Virus record (IMG/VR): IMGVR_UViG_2061766007_000205
DNA: 26,606 nt
Source: an uncultured virus (IMG/VR IMGVR_UViG_2061766007_000205)
Lineage: Duplodnaviria > Heunggongvirae > Uroviricota > Caudoviricetes
Direction: 5' to 3' (one strand)
How positions within the stretch are numbered: position 1 is the stretch's first letter; each line of letters starts with the position of its first letter. A program made the position numbers and the translations under genes. Under the pieces are notes generated by a model, which ran no database searches, was not told where the DNA came from, and worked only from the letters and a program-made list of their open reading frames with translations. This document shows, one piece after another, positions 6,387-14,926 of this stretch.

Positions 6387-7142
6387 ATGGCAGAGAGGAA
6401 ACCATTAAGCAAAAAAATACGCTTTGAAGTATTCAAAAGGGATAAATTCACTTGTCAATACTGCGGTCGGTCTGTTCCTGATGTGATATTGCAAGTAGAT
6501 CATATAAAACCCGTTGCCAAAGGTGGTAAGAATGACCTCGTTAACCTTGTTACCTCTTGCCGGGATTGCAATTTAGGCAAAGGGGCAAGGGAATTATCGG
6601 ATGATTCCGTTGTAAAAAAGCAACAACAGAGGATAGAGGAACTTGCTGAAAAAAACGAGCAGCTTGAAATGTTCCTTCAATGGAGAAATGACATCCAGAG
6701 CATCGAGGATAAAGAGGTTGAAGCGGTCAATGATTTACTATCGTCACTTTCGGATTGGTCAGCTAATGACAAGGGTAAAAGAACCATAAAAAAGTGGATA
6801 AAAGAGTTTTCGATACAACTTGTCATGGACGCTGTTGAGATTGCTTTCGACCAATATTACACAGGATCATCCGAAAGTTGGAATTATGCGTTTGATAAGA
6901 TCGGTGGAATTTGTAGAAACAAACAGACAGACGGAGATGATAAGCGAAGGTACTACTGCAATTACATCAAAAAGGGATGCAGAAACAAATTCAATTTTCA
7001 CAATCCGACTTGGATAGAAAGTTTTATCTACCATTATGTCGAGGATGAAGAAGATTTTGAGTGCATCAAAGATACTTTAAAGAGTTCAAGGAATTGGACA
7101 ATATTCAGAGAAAGGTTAATCGGGATATATGGCGATTTTTAG
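6387..7142 (+). CDS. HNH endonuclease domain protein
   Basis: RFEVFKRDKFTCQYCG...VDHIKPVAKGG...NLVTSCRDCNLGK, followed by a coiled-coil and helical C-terminus. Confidence 0.88.
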   Translation: MAERKPLSKKIRFEVFKRDKFTCQYCGRSVPDVILQVDHIKPVAKGGKNDLVNLVTSCRDCNLGKGARELSDDSVVKKQQQRIEELAEKNEQLEMFLQWRNDIQSIEDKEVEAVNDLLSSLSDWSANDKGKRTIKKWIKEFSIQLVMDAVEIAFDQYYTGSSESWNYAFDKIGGICRNKQTDGDDKRRYYCNYIKKGCRNKFNFHNPTWIESFIYHYVEDEEDFECIKDTLKSSRNWTIFRERLIGIYGDF

Positions 7143-7878
7143 AAATATTCAAATGTCCTTTTGGACAGACCCGAAGATAGCCGATGATTTTACACCTGAT
7201 GATAAGCTCTTTTACTTGTACCTTATGACAAACCCACACACGAAACTCTGCGGTTGCTATGAAGCGAGTATGAAGCAGATGTCGGACGAGACAGGGTTCA
7301 CCAAAGATCGGATAGAGAAACTTTTATCCCGGATGGAAGAGACGCACAAAGTGATGGCATACTCACAGGAGACGAAAGAGATACTTTTGGTTAATTGGCA
7401 CAAGTACAACTGGACTTCTTCTGAAAAATTCAGGATTCCGTTGTGGAAAGAGATACAAAGTGTTAAGAACGCTGATTTTAGGCTATTTTTGACGAATATC
7501 TTTAATGGTATCGATACCGTATCGATACCGTATCAATACCGTACCGATACAACTGTTACTGTTACTGATACTGATTCTGATACTGTTACTGATACTGAAG
7601 AAAATATACCACCAAAACTTTTGTACTATCCGAACGATGAAGAACTCGATAGGGCATTTGCAGATTTTGTGGCTATGAGAAAGAAGATCAAAGCGCCTAT
7701 GACCGAAAAGGCTATCGAGTTGGCAATAAACAATCTGAATAAGTTATCAGGTGGGGATAGCGAAGTAGCGATAAAGATAATCAATCAAAGCGTAATGAAC
7801 AGTTGGAAGGGTTTTTATGAACTGAAGAACAACAACAAACAGCAACAAGACTTCTTCGAGCAGATGCGGAACGCATAG
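7129..7878 (+). CDS. Phage replication initiator (replisome organizer)
   Basis: FWTDPK...KLFYLYLMTNPHT..CGCYE N-terminus, low-complexity TDT linker, C-terminal MRKKIKAPMT...SVMNSWKGFY; contains iteron-like repeats. Confidence 0.85.
   Translation: MAIFRNIQMSFWTDPKIADDFTPDDKLFYLYLMTNPHTKLCGCYEASMKQMSDETGFTKDRIEKLLSRMEETHKVMAYSQETKEILLVNWHKYNWTSSEKFRIPLWKEIQSVKNADFRLFLTNIFNGIDTVSIPYQYRTDTTVTVTDTDSDTVTDTEENIPPKLLYYPNDEELDRAFADFVAMRKKIKAPMTEKAIELAINNLNKLSGGDSEVAIKIINQSVMNSWKGFYELKNNNKQQQDFFEQMRNA
7508..7598. repeat. Iteron-like repeats, putative replication origin
   Basis: Four tandem 11-mers GTATCGATACC (7508, 7519, 7530 variant, 7541 variant), each around the palindrome GTATCGATAC. A run of ACTGWT hexamers follows at 7552-7598. 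Confidence 0.75.
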
Positions 7879-7886
7879 GAGAGAAC

Positions 7887-8444
7887 ATGACGAGAGACGA
7901 TACAAAAGAACTATTGATGTCAATTAAGGCAATATATCCGAACTTCAACATTAAGCCTGAAGAAATGACGGTCACGATCAACGCTTGGCACATGATGTTA
8001 GACGAGTACCCGGCACAGGCGGTAGGCGCGGCATTACAGATATACGTCAAGACAAACAACAGCGGTTTTGCTCCTTCAGTGTCGCAGCTTATCGGATGTA
8101 TGCACGAGCCGAAAGAGCAGGACAGACTGACAGAGGGTGAAGCGTGGTATTTGGTGAAAAAAGCGCTTGCTGACAGCGCATATAACGCAAAAGAGCGCTT
8201 TGAGGAATTACCGCCAGAGATACAAAGAGCGGTCGGCGGTGTGGAAATGTTAAGAGCATGGGGGCAGATGGACAGCGAGGAAGTCAATTCTGTTGTCGCC
8301 TCGAATTTTCAGAGGACGTACAAGGCGGTTTTGGCACAAAACGATTACGCAGATCGTGTTCCGTCATCGGTATCGGATTTGGTGAAATCGTTGTCAGATA
8401 AGACAAGTTCAAACTTCAGGATAGGTGCAAGTGATGAGAATTGA
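7887..8444 (+). CDS. Replicative helicase loader/inhibitor (G39P-like)
   Basis: MTRDDTKELL..IKAIYPNF...WHMMLDEY...FAPSVSQLI; directly follows the initiator. Confidence 0.8.
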   Translation: MTRDDTKELLMSIKAIYPNFNIKPEEMTVTINAWHMMLDEYPAQAVGAALQIYVKTNNSGFAPSVSQLIGCMHEPKEQDRLTEGEAWYLVKKALADSAYNAKERFEELPPEIQRAVGGVEMLRAWGQMDSEEVNSVVASNFQRTYKAVLAQNDYADRVPSSVSDLVKSLSDKTSSNFRIGASDEN

Positions 8445-8787
8445 GCGAAACATCGAGGAAAGAAACGGCAAATACATAGTCTACTTCAACGGGAAATACT
8501 GCGGAATGTACGACACGATAGAAAAGGCAAGGGAAGAACGCGACAGCCGGAAAGCGGCGCACATAGGCGGTAGACGGACAGTGTACCTTGAGGGATTTAC
8601 GGAAAGGTTCAATAAGGCGATATGGGACAGCAAGATGGACATCAGCATGATAAGCAAGCAGTCAAGGGTATCGAGATCCGTGATATGGAGTTATCAGAAC
8701 GGTGTCCTGCCAAAGTGCGATAACCTTGCGAAACTTGCGGTAGTCCTGAATGTAAGTGCTGATTACCTGCTAGGGATAGAAAGATGA
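8434..8787 (+). CDS. DNA-binding protein: AP2-like N-terminus fused to an XRE HTH
   Basis: KYIVYFNGKYCGMYDTIEKAREERD followed by SRSVIWSYQNG..P..NLAKLAVVLNVSADYLLG. Confidence 0.7.
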   Translation: MRIERNIEERNGKYIVYFNGKYCGMYDTIEKAREERDSRKAAHIGGRRTVYLEGFTERFNKAIWDSKMDISMISKQSRVSRSVIWSYQNGVLPKCDNLAKLAVVLNVSADYLLGIER

Positions 8788-9002
8788 CGAGAAAGGAACG
8801 GGCAAGGGCGATACAGAACGCTATACCGCAAAAGCCGATACGGGTGGAATTGGGAGGCGGGTACTACTACAGATGCCATTGGCTGAAATGTGACAACACA
8901 GTGCATCCGTGGGAGCGGTACTGTAGCCAATGTGGGCAGAGACTCTCGTGGGATGAATACTACGTTGACGATTTCGAGAAGTTATTCTACGAAGGCAAAT
9001 GA
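8784..9002 (+). CDS. Zinc-ribbon phage protein
   Basis: IPQKP...YRC...YCSQCGQRLSW pattern; translationally coupled to the upstream gene. Confidence 0.7.
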   Translation: MTRKERARAIQNAIPQKPIRVELGGGYYYRCHWLKCDNTVHPWERYCSQCGQRLSWDEYYVDDFEKLFYEGK

Positions 9003-9105
9003 CCCCACAGAACGAACGCAGAGGGGTCAAAAATCGATTTTCAGAGTTTAAATAATAACTTGATAGGGTAAATAACAAAAATGTCTTAAAAGGGCAAATA
9101 CGAGG

Positions 9106-9513
9106 TTGAAAGATATGGGAAGAAGATCAAGGGAAAGTTGCACATATGATTATAAGGTCACAATCAACATGACAAACATTGTTGACGAGATCATCAGGCG
9201 ACTGCCGGGAACTGAAACGAGCGATTGGGAACTTTGCGGCGAGGAATTGATTATTTACATGAATGATGACGCGATAGCGGATTGTTGGTACTGTCGTGCA
9301 ACTCTTGAAAGTCCCGAAGAAAACGAGGTCGAACTTATAAACAGCGTTGACGAAGTGGACATTGACGGGTCAATCCTTGAAGCATTACACGGCATTGAAA
9401 AGGTCGATAGTGATTGCGAGATCGACTATGACAGCATCGAGATTGAGGAAACAGAACCCGACCCGGACAGGGCATATGACGAGTGGCGAGATAGACAGTT
9501 TGAGGAGTACTGA
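9106..9513 (+). CDS. Highly acidic hypothetical protein
   Basis: 135-aa Asp/Glu-rich ORF ending PDPDRAYDEWRDR; start codon uncertain. Confidence 0.7.
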   Translation: MKDMGRRSRESCTYDYKVTINMTNIVDEIIRRLPGTETSDWELCGEELIIYMNDDAIADCWYCRATLESPEENEVELINSVDEVDIDGSILEALHGIEKVDSDCEIDYDSIEIEETEPDPDRAYDEWRDRQFEEY

Positions 9514-9556
9514 TTTAGATGTCAAAATGTGACGTAAAAAATGCACAGATAGGAAG

Positions 9557-10135
9557 ATGAAAGACGGATATAAAATCGTAAGCCGAATGATAGGCTCACA
9601 CAATTTAAGTGCCGAGGAAAGGGCAGGTGAAGATTTTTACGCGACAAGTCCCGAAGCAGCGGAGTGGTTGATAAAGATCGAGAATCTAAATCCGAACATA
9701 TGGGAATGTGCGTGTGGAGAAGGTCATCTGTCAAAGGTATTTGTGCGGGAAGGTTTCAAAGCAATGAGTACCGACCTGATAGATCGAGGGTATGGAAAAG
9801 GCGGTGTGGACTTTCTAAAGCTGAAGATGCCATATGCCGGAGATATAGTAACCAACCCACCGTATAAACTTGCTGAAGAGTTTTTGGAAAAAGCAATGGA
9901 ACTCATCTATGACGGGAACAAGGTGTGTTTGTTTCTGAAGATACAGTGGCTAGAGGGCAAGGCAAGGAAGGAATTGTTTAAGAAATACCCGCCTAAAACG
10001 ATATGGGTGTCGTCATCCAGAATAAAGTGTGGCACGAACGGGAATTTTTCAAAATCAAGTTCGATGATGGCATTGGCATGGTTCGTATGGGAGAAGGGGT
10101 ATAAGGGCGACACAGTTGTGAAATGGTTTAATTGA
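9557..10135 (+). CDS. Phage DNA amino-methyltransferase (probably N6-adenine)
   Basis: DFYATSPE, SAM-binding IWECACGEG, catalytic IVTNPPY. Confidence 0.85.
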   Translation: MKDGYKIVSRMIGSHNLSAEERAGEDFYATSPEAAEWLIKIENLNPNIWECACGEGHLSKVFVREGFKAMSTDLIDRGYGKGGVDFLKLKMPYAGDIVTNPPYKLAEEFLEKAMELIYDGNKVCLFLKIQWLEGKARKELFKKYPPKTIWVSSSRIKCGTNGNFSKSSSMMALAWFVWEKGYKGDTVVKWFN

Positions 10136-10147
10136 GAGGACAACAAC

Positions 10148-10483
10148 ATGAATAATATCGAGCGATTTGTAGATCACATAGAGGACGAATATCCGACACA
10201 GTATAGCGCAGGACACGTCGGACAAAGGTACGGGGATTTTATTATTGTGGAAGAACAGGTAGGAGCAAGAGAAACGTTTTCAATCGGTCAGCCTGTTTAT
10301 GACAAGGACGGAAACCTTTTAGGGTATTTAGGCATAGGGTTATACGCAAACTTTGATTATGCGGTAGGAATAAGAGTGCCTGTTGAATATTGGAGAATAT
10401 GTTTGCCTACACAGGATTGTAAAGAGGGCAAGAAGGTATATACATATTGGCAGATGTTAGAAAATCAGGGAGATAAGGGATGA
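10148..10483 (+). CDS. Hypothetical protein
   Basis: 111-aa ORF with GAGAGGA RBS, within the co-directional gene run. Confidence 0.7.
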   Translation: MNNIERFVDHIEDEYPTQYSAGHVGQRYGDFIIVEEQVGARETFSIGQPVYDKDGNLLGYLGIGLYANFDYAVGIRVPVEYWRICLPTQDCKEGKKVYTYWQMLENQGDKG

Positions 10484-10806
10484 AAAATTGCGTACTAATG
10501 ATATTGGCAACAGTAGTGTTAACCGCCGGACTAGGACGGATCACATATAACGGACACACCGAAACATGGTATGACCTGCCGATGGAAAACGTGATACAGA
10601 GAAGTCAGGATGCAGGTATTCCGTGTGATTATTGGGTACGGGATGACGGGGTTAAGATGTTCGGGCAATGGGTAATTGTAGCGGCTCATCCGAGCAAGAT
10701 CAGGTACAGCATGGTAGATACAAGCTTGGGAGAAGGGATAATCCTTGACACCCACGAAACAGATGATACAGAACTGATAGACATAGCGACAACATGGGGA
10801 GAATAG
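10480..10806 (+). CDS. Secreted 3D-domain-like (MltA/RlpA fold) protein
   Basis: Hydrophobic N-terminal signal, then VAAHPS...TSLGEGIILDT...IDIATTW resembling 3D-domain motifs. Confidence 0.5.
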   Translation: MKNCVLMILATVVLTAGLGRITYNGHTETWYDLPMENVIQRSQDAGIPCDYWVRDDGVKMFGQWVIVAAHPSKIRYSMVDTSLGEGIILDTHETDDTELIDIATTWGE

Positions 10807-11010
10807 ATGACAGGACAAATGACATTGTTTGAATATATGGATGCACAGCAAGGGTACAGTATGTGTACTTCCTGCGTAAATGCAAAATTCAAAGAACGCA
10901 TGAGAAACGGACATGACGTGTATTTCTGCAATAAGAAACGTGCAGTCATAACGGAACATACGGGAAGTTGGCTGTGTAAAAACCTGGAATACGAAAGGAG
11001 AATCCCATGA
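10807..11010 (+). CDS. Small Cys-containing hypothetical protein
   Basis: GQMTLFEY start typical of phage accessory genes; CTSC. Confidence 0.65.
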   Translation: MTGQMTLFEYMDAQQGYSMCTSCVNAKFKERMRNGHDVYFCNKKRAVITEHTGSWLCKNLEYERRIP

Positions 11011-11168
11011 GTGAGCAGGAATTAGAGGAGATCAAAGAAGCTATATGTGACGAGTATTGCAAATACCGGGAAGAGTATTTGGCACAGTATGAAGATCCCG
11101 ATGTAGCAAATACGGAAATGATAAATGAGGTCTGTGACTACTGCCCTTTGGGAAATTTAAGGATTTAA
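11007..11168 (+). CDS. Small hypothetical protein (53 aa)
   Basis: Not in the ORF track. RBS AAAGGAG, ATGA overlap; MSEQELEEIKEAICDEYCKY...CDYCPL. Confidence 0.7.
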   Translation: MSEQELEEIKEAICDEYCKYREEYLAQYEDPDVANTEMINEVCDYCPLGNLRI

Positions 11169-11179
11169 GGAGATCAGGA

Positions 11180-11356
11180 ATGACATACTATGAAGCGTAT
11201 TCCGCTTGTCAGAATGAGGCAGAAATAAAAGAAATGGCTATACGTGACACAAAAGTGGCTATTTTCTTGGGAAATAATCCCGACAGAATAAAAGCGATAG
11301 AAGATGCCATGAACAAGGCAATCGCAGATAAGGCAGAGAAGGGCGATCAGGAATGA
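11180..11356 (+). CDS. Small hypothetical protein (58 aa)
   Basis: Not in the ORF track. RBS AAGGAG; MTYYEAYSACQNEAEIKEMA...; the stop overlaps the next start. Confidence 0.65.
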   Translation: MTYYEAYSACQNEAEIKEMAIRDTKVAIFLGNNPDRIKAIEDAMNKAIADKAEKGDQE

Positions 11357-11541
11357 CTTGTAAAGATTGTAAATACCATTCATATATAGCCAACACACAT
11401 TTCTGTGACAGCCGAAACCACAAACGCAGAACAGTACGAATAAGTCAAGAGGATGCTGAAAAGGATATGGATTGCTATTGGGCAGACGAAAAGAAAAAGG
11501 GAGTGGTAAGAAATGACAAGGGAACAGTTAAGAGAATTTGA
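11353..11541 (+). CDS. Small Cys-containing hypothetical protein
   Basis: MTCKDCKY start; translationally coupled. Confidence 0.65.
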   Translation: MTCKDCKYHSYIANTHFCDSRNHKRRTVRISQEDAEKDMDCYWADEKKKGVVRNDKGTVKRI

Positions 11542-11758
11542 AAAAGATTTAATAAAAATAGGTCTTGAAAATGTAAAGAATATTGTGCTTATTAAAAATG
11601 GTGCAACGAATGGTGATGTAATAAAAGGATTTTTTGATACTACGGAAGAACATTTCTATGACGAAGATAGAATGGTTGATGTGTATGGACTTGATAGAAG
11701 TGATGACCCATCAACATTTTATGCAGATTGGTGGAACGCATTATATGAAAGGAATTAG
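11513..11758 (+). CDS. Hypothetical protein with an ATNG..IK...WWNA module
   Basis: C-terminal module shared with 11761..12093. Confidence 0.7.
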   Translation: MTREQLREFEKDLIKIGLENVKNIVLIKNGATNGDVIKGFFDTTEEHFYDEDRMVDVYGLDRSDDPSTFYADWWNALYERN

Positions 11759-11760
11759 AG

Positions 11761-12093
11761 ATGAGATTAGTTAACGTTAATAGTTTATATCGTCATTTAT
11801 TTACTTGTAGTGACGGAAGAATATGTCCAAATACAGATATTGATAATTTTCCTATTCAGTTTAATGTGAAAACTATTAAAAAGATAATAAGAAAAGAGCC
11901 AATAGTGTTTGATATACCCGATAATGCGACAAATGGGGAAGTGATAAAGGCAATATTCCCAAATACAGAAGTCGATGATTACGATTATGGTAAAGACCCT
12001 GTTATTGATGTATATGGCATAGATGATACCGAGTACATCACGTTGCGTAAGACTTGGTGGAACGCACCATATCAGAAAGGCGGTAAGGAATGA
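11761..12093 (+). CDS. Hypothetical protein with an ATNG..IK...WWNA module
   Basis: ATNGEVIKAIFP...IDVYGID...WWNAPY. Confidence 0.7.
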   Translation: MRLVNVNSLYRHLFTCSDGRICPNTDIDNFPIQFNVKTIKKIIRKEPIVFDIPDNATNGEVIKAIFPNTEVDDYDYGKDPVIDVYGIDDTEYITLRKTWWNAPYQKGGKE

Positions 12094-12353
12094 AAAACGA
12101 AACAGCAAGACGAGAAATAGAATCCTTGGATTATTACTTACAAAACCATACCGATGATTACAGCGAAGAAAGCCACACAGCTATGATGATGGCTAAAGAT
12201 GCTTTGAACAATACGGATGTGCTTGACAAGATAAGAGCCGAGATAGAACAAAACGCATATCCGATAGTACACGGAGTTAATAATCACGAAAAAGGAATGA
12301 CATTATATGGGATATTGCAGGTTATCGACAAATACAGGGGGAATAATGAATGA
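12090..12353 (+). CDS. Hypothetical protein
   Basis: 87 aa; VLDKIRAEIE...LQVIDKY motif typical of phage accessory genes. Confidence 0.7.
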   Translation: MKNETARREIESLDYYLQNHTDDYSEESHTAMMMAKDALNNTDVLDKIRAEIEQNAYPIVHGVNNHEKGMTLYGILQVIDKYRGNNE

Positions 12354-12531
12354 GGTTACAAGAGCGACATAAAAGAGATTTGAAAAGGCTATTGAAGAAT
12401 TGACCGCAGAATATAACAAAGCCATTGAGGATGGTTATGTGTTCAAGCCGATGGCGTTTACATTATATCACTTATGGCAGAAGTGGGATGATATAGAATA
12501 CTCAAGAATATCAAATACAGGGGGTGATTGA
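12346..12531 (+). pseudogene. Small gene interrupted by an in-frame TAA
   Basis: MNEVTRAT*KRFEKAIEELTAEYNKA...GD*; the stop is at 12370-12372. The frame fills the gap between its neighbours exactly. Confidence 0.55.
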
Positions 12532-12651
12532 ATGACCATATTTGAGGGGATGTGTATAGGCTTTTTGGCGGGAGTGGTTGGAACGCTTATTTGCGTACTA
12601 GGTGGAGCATTAATAGATCAGATAAGAAAGGGGGCAGATGATGATAAATAA
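12532..12651 (+). CDS. Small single-pass membrane protein (39 aa)
   Basis: MTIFEGMCIGFLAGVVGTLICVLGGALIDQIRK...; RBS GGGGGTG. Confidence 0.6.
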   Translation: MTIFEGMCIGFLAGVVGTLICVLGGALIDQIRKGADDDK

Positions 12652-12829
12652 CCTGCAATACAACAAAATGTATGAAGAGTATCAGAAAGACAGGAAGTTT
12701 GCTGATTACGTCCGGCGCTGCATGAGAACGTATGGAACAAATCTCCGCGAGGAACTGCATAAACAGATTACATGGGAATACTATTTGAGCGTAACGGAAG
12801 GAGTAAACAAAGAGAATGACAGAACTTAA
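12638..12829 (+). CDS. Hypothetical protein
   Basis: 63-aa ORF with AAAGGGGG RBS. Confidence 0.65.
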   Translation: MMINNLQYNKMYEEYQKDRKFADYVRRCMRTYGTNLREELHKQITWEYYLSVTEGVNKENDRT

Positions 12830-12939
12830 ATATCTGAAAGACATAGCTGAACAACTCAAGGGCATAAAAAGGGAACTGCATAAGCACAACGAGATCATGC
12901 AAAGATCCTTTTCGTTAAAAGGTGATGTGGGGGTAAAGG

Positions 12940-13128
12940 ATGAAACTATCTGTTGTATGGAAACCGGGCAACCCGATGACGTGTGAAGCGTACTTGGACG
13001 GAAAAAAGCTGAATGGATGTAAGTATGTGAGTGTAGAGATGACATTGCATCCGGCTGAAGGGTGCGTACTAAAGGGTGAGATCGAGGGCGAATTTGTCTT
13101 TAAGGACGGGATTGTAAGAAGAAGGTGA
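12940..13128 (+). CDS. Hypothetical protein
   Basis: 62-aa ORF in the co-directional run. Confidence 0.6.
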   Translation: MKLSVVWKPGNPMTCEAYLDGKKLNGCKYVSVEMTLHPAEGCVLKGEIEGEFVFKDGIVRRR

Positions 13129-13135
13129 TAGAGAA

Positions 13136-13495
13136 ATGTCGAGAATGACAAGAGAAGATGCGATAGAAAGTTTTAAGAAAAGTGTCGAACTATGTAAAGC
13201 GCGTCTGGATGTTGAAAAGATGCGGATGGACATTGGTGAAATCAAGGAACTTGAGTTTTACATAGAACGTGATGAAATGGCAATACAGGCACTTGAAAAA
13301 GAAAATATATACGATGATGGCGAGCATTACGTAACTATTTCAAAAGCACTGTACGACAAGTTGAATATAGATTATGACGCATTATCGCAAGAGCCGTGTG
13401 ATTACACAGGCAACGAGTTTTTTAACTTCGATGCTCCAATGGTTAAGAAAAGCATGGAACAGGATGCGATAAGCCAAAAGGAGAATAGCCTATGA
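13136..13495 (+). CDS. Hypothetical protein (MTREDAI...QEPCD type)
   Basis: MTREDAI, MAIQALE, QEPCD and DAIS motifs, common in modular phage accessory genes. Confidence 0.7.
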   Translation: MSRMTREDAIESFKKSVELCKARLDVEKMRMDIGEIKELEFYIERDEMAIQALEKENIYDDGEHYVTISKALYDKLNIDYDALSQEPCDYTGNEFFNFDAPMVKKSMEQDAISQKENSL

Positions 13496-14118
13496 GAGAT
13501 TTATTAGGGCAGAAGTTTGGAAAACTAACTGTTATCGGCTTTGAAGAAAGCATAAGGACAAACACGGGCACTTTAAGAAATCTTTGGAAATGTCGGTGTG
13601 AGTGTGGAAACGAGAAAATCACACAAGACAATTTGCTGATAACTGGCAAAGTGACAAGTTGCGGATGCGGAAAACCCGAACGCATGATAAAAATGCACAC
13701 TAAACATGGGGGAGCAAAAAGAAAAAATGAGGAACGCCTATATAGCATTTGGCGAAGCATGAAAAGACGGTGTGCGAACAAGAACGATATGAATTATGGC
13801 GGTAGGGGTATAAGCGTTTGTGACGAATGGCAAGATTATCAGACATTCAAAGAATGGGCGTACAACAACGGCTATGATGATAAAGCAGATAAAGGACAAT
13901 GCACGATAGACAGAATCAACAATGACGGGAACTATGAGCCGAGTAATTGTAGATGGGTGGATATGGTAGCACAAGCAAACAATACAAGGAAAAGCCGATA
14001 TGTTGATTTTCAAGGCAGAACAATGACTATCGCAGAGTTTTCAAGGGTTATGAATATAAAGCCGACACACGCTTGGTACTACATAAACAAGTTTGAAAAG
14101 GAGATAGAGCATGAGTGA
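13492..14118 (+). CDS. HNH-type free-standing homing endonuclease-like protein
   Basis: DLLGQKFGKLTV, WKCRCECG, SCGC, RLYSIWRSMKRRC, YGGRGISVCDEW, TIDRINNDGNYEPSNCRW...QANN. Confidence 0.85.
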   Translation: MRDLLGQKFGKLTVIGFEESIRTNTGTLRNLWKCRCECGNEKITQDNLLITGKVTSCGCGKPERMIKMHTKHGGAKRKNEERLYSIWRSMKRRCANKNDMNYGGRGISVCDEWQDYQTFKEWAYNNGYDDKADKGQCTIDRINNDGNYEPSNCRWVDMVAQANNTRKSRYVDFQGRTMTIAEFSRVMNIKPTHAWYYINKFEKEIEHE

Positions 14119-14521
14119 TTTGGTGGAACGTGAAGCAGTATTAAAACTCAAACATCATAAACCCGAATACGGCGATATGATATATGCGTTTGATGTTGAA
14201 CAGTTACCTTCCGTCACGCAGAAGACGGGTAAGTGGATACCTATTAATGAGAGGTTGCCGGAAGATGAACAGGAAATATTATTCAGTACAAAAACAGGAA
14301 GAGTACATAGCGGAAAATATCACGATGATGATAGTGCTAATCAGTGGTATTCACATAGGGATAAATGTAGAGCGTGGAACAATGTTGTTATCGCATGGAT
14401 GCCATTACCGAAACCGTATGAGCCACAGGAAAGTGAAAAAGTAAATTGTAAATCTACAAAATGCGAAAACTGTATAAACCATAATTACTGTGATTATGAG
14501 CCACAGGAAAGCGAGGAATGA
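14111..14521 (+). CDS. DUF551-like phage protein
   Basis: WIPINERLPE...VIAWMPLPKPY. Confidence 0.8.
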   Translation: MSDLVEREAVLKLKHHKPEYGDMIYAFDVEQLPSVTQKTGKWIPINERLPEDEQEILFSTKTGRVHSGKYHDDDSANQWYSHRDKCRAWNNVVIAWMPLPKPYEPQESEKVNCKSTKCENCINHNYCDYEPQESEE

Positions 14522-14926
14522 ATGATAGACAGCGGCAAACGATACTGTGACAGATGCGGAAAGACGCTCACAAGAGATAATAACAAGTGTGGTTATGAGG
14601 TATGCGATAACTGTAATGAGTATTTAGAACAGGCTAAAGCAGAAAAAATCAGCGACCGCAACATGAAGATGTGGGAAAAATTATTTAAGGCAGAAAGGGA
14701 GAAGGAAGGAAGTATGAATTTACAGAGATTTGCTGATGGTGAGGACATAAACAAGGTGTTAGAACCTCTGGGGTTGTGTGTAGATCCGCTTACACAGGGT
14801 TTTGTCAATCAAGCTGCAAGGAACACCTATTACCTGCTGACAATGGGATTTATGACGCAGGAAGAGGCGCAGACGGTGTTTAACCGCATAATAGCCATGA
14901 TAGGGCGAAAGATGAGGGAAATATGA
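14522..14926 (+). CDS. Hypothetical protein with a Zn-finger-like N-terminus
   Basis: YCDRCG...CDNC. An internal RBS plus ATG near 14714 suggests the C-terminal half may also be translated separately. Confidence 0.6.
   Translation: MIDSGKRYCDRCGKTLTRDNNKCGYEVCDNCNEYLEQAKAEKISDRNMKMWEKLFKAEREKEGSMNLQRFADGEDINKVLEPLGLCVDPLTQGFVNQAARNTYYLLTMGFMTQEEAQTVFNRIIAMIGRKMREI

Noticed and set aside
9001..9028. GACCCC...GGGGTC hairpin after the zinc-ribbon gene as a terminator
   Set aside because: Short stem with a 16-nt loop and no adjacent U-tract on the plus strand; insufficient support.
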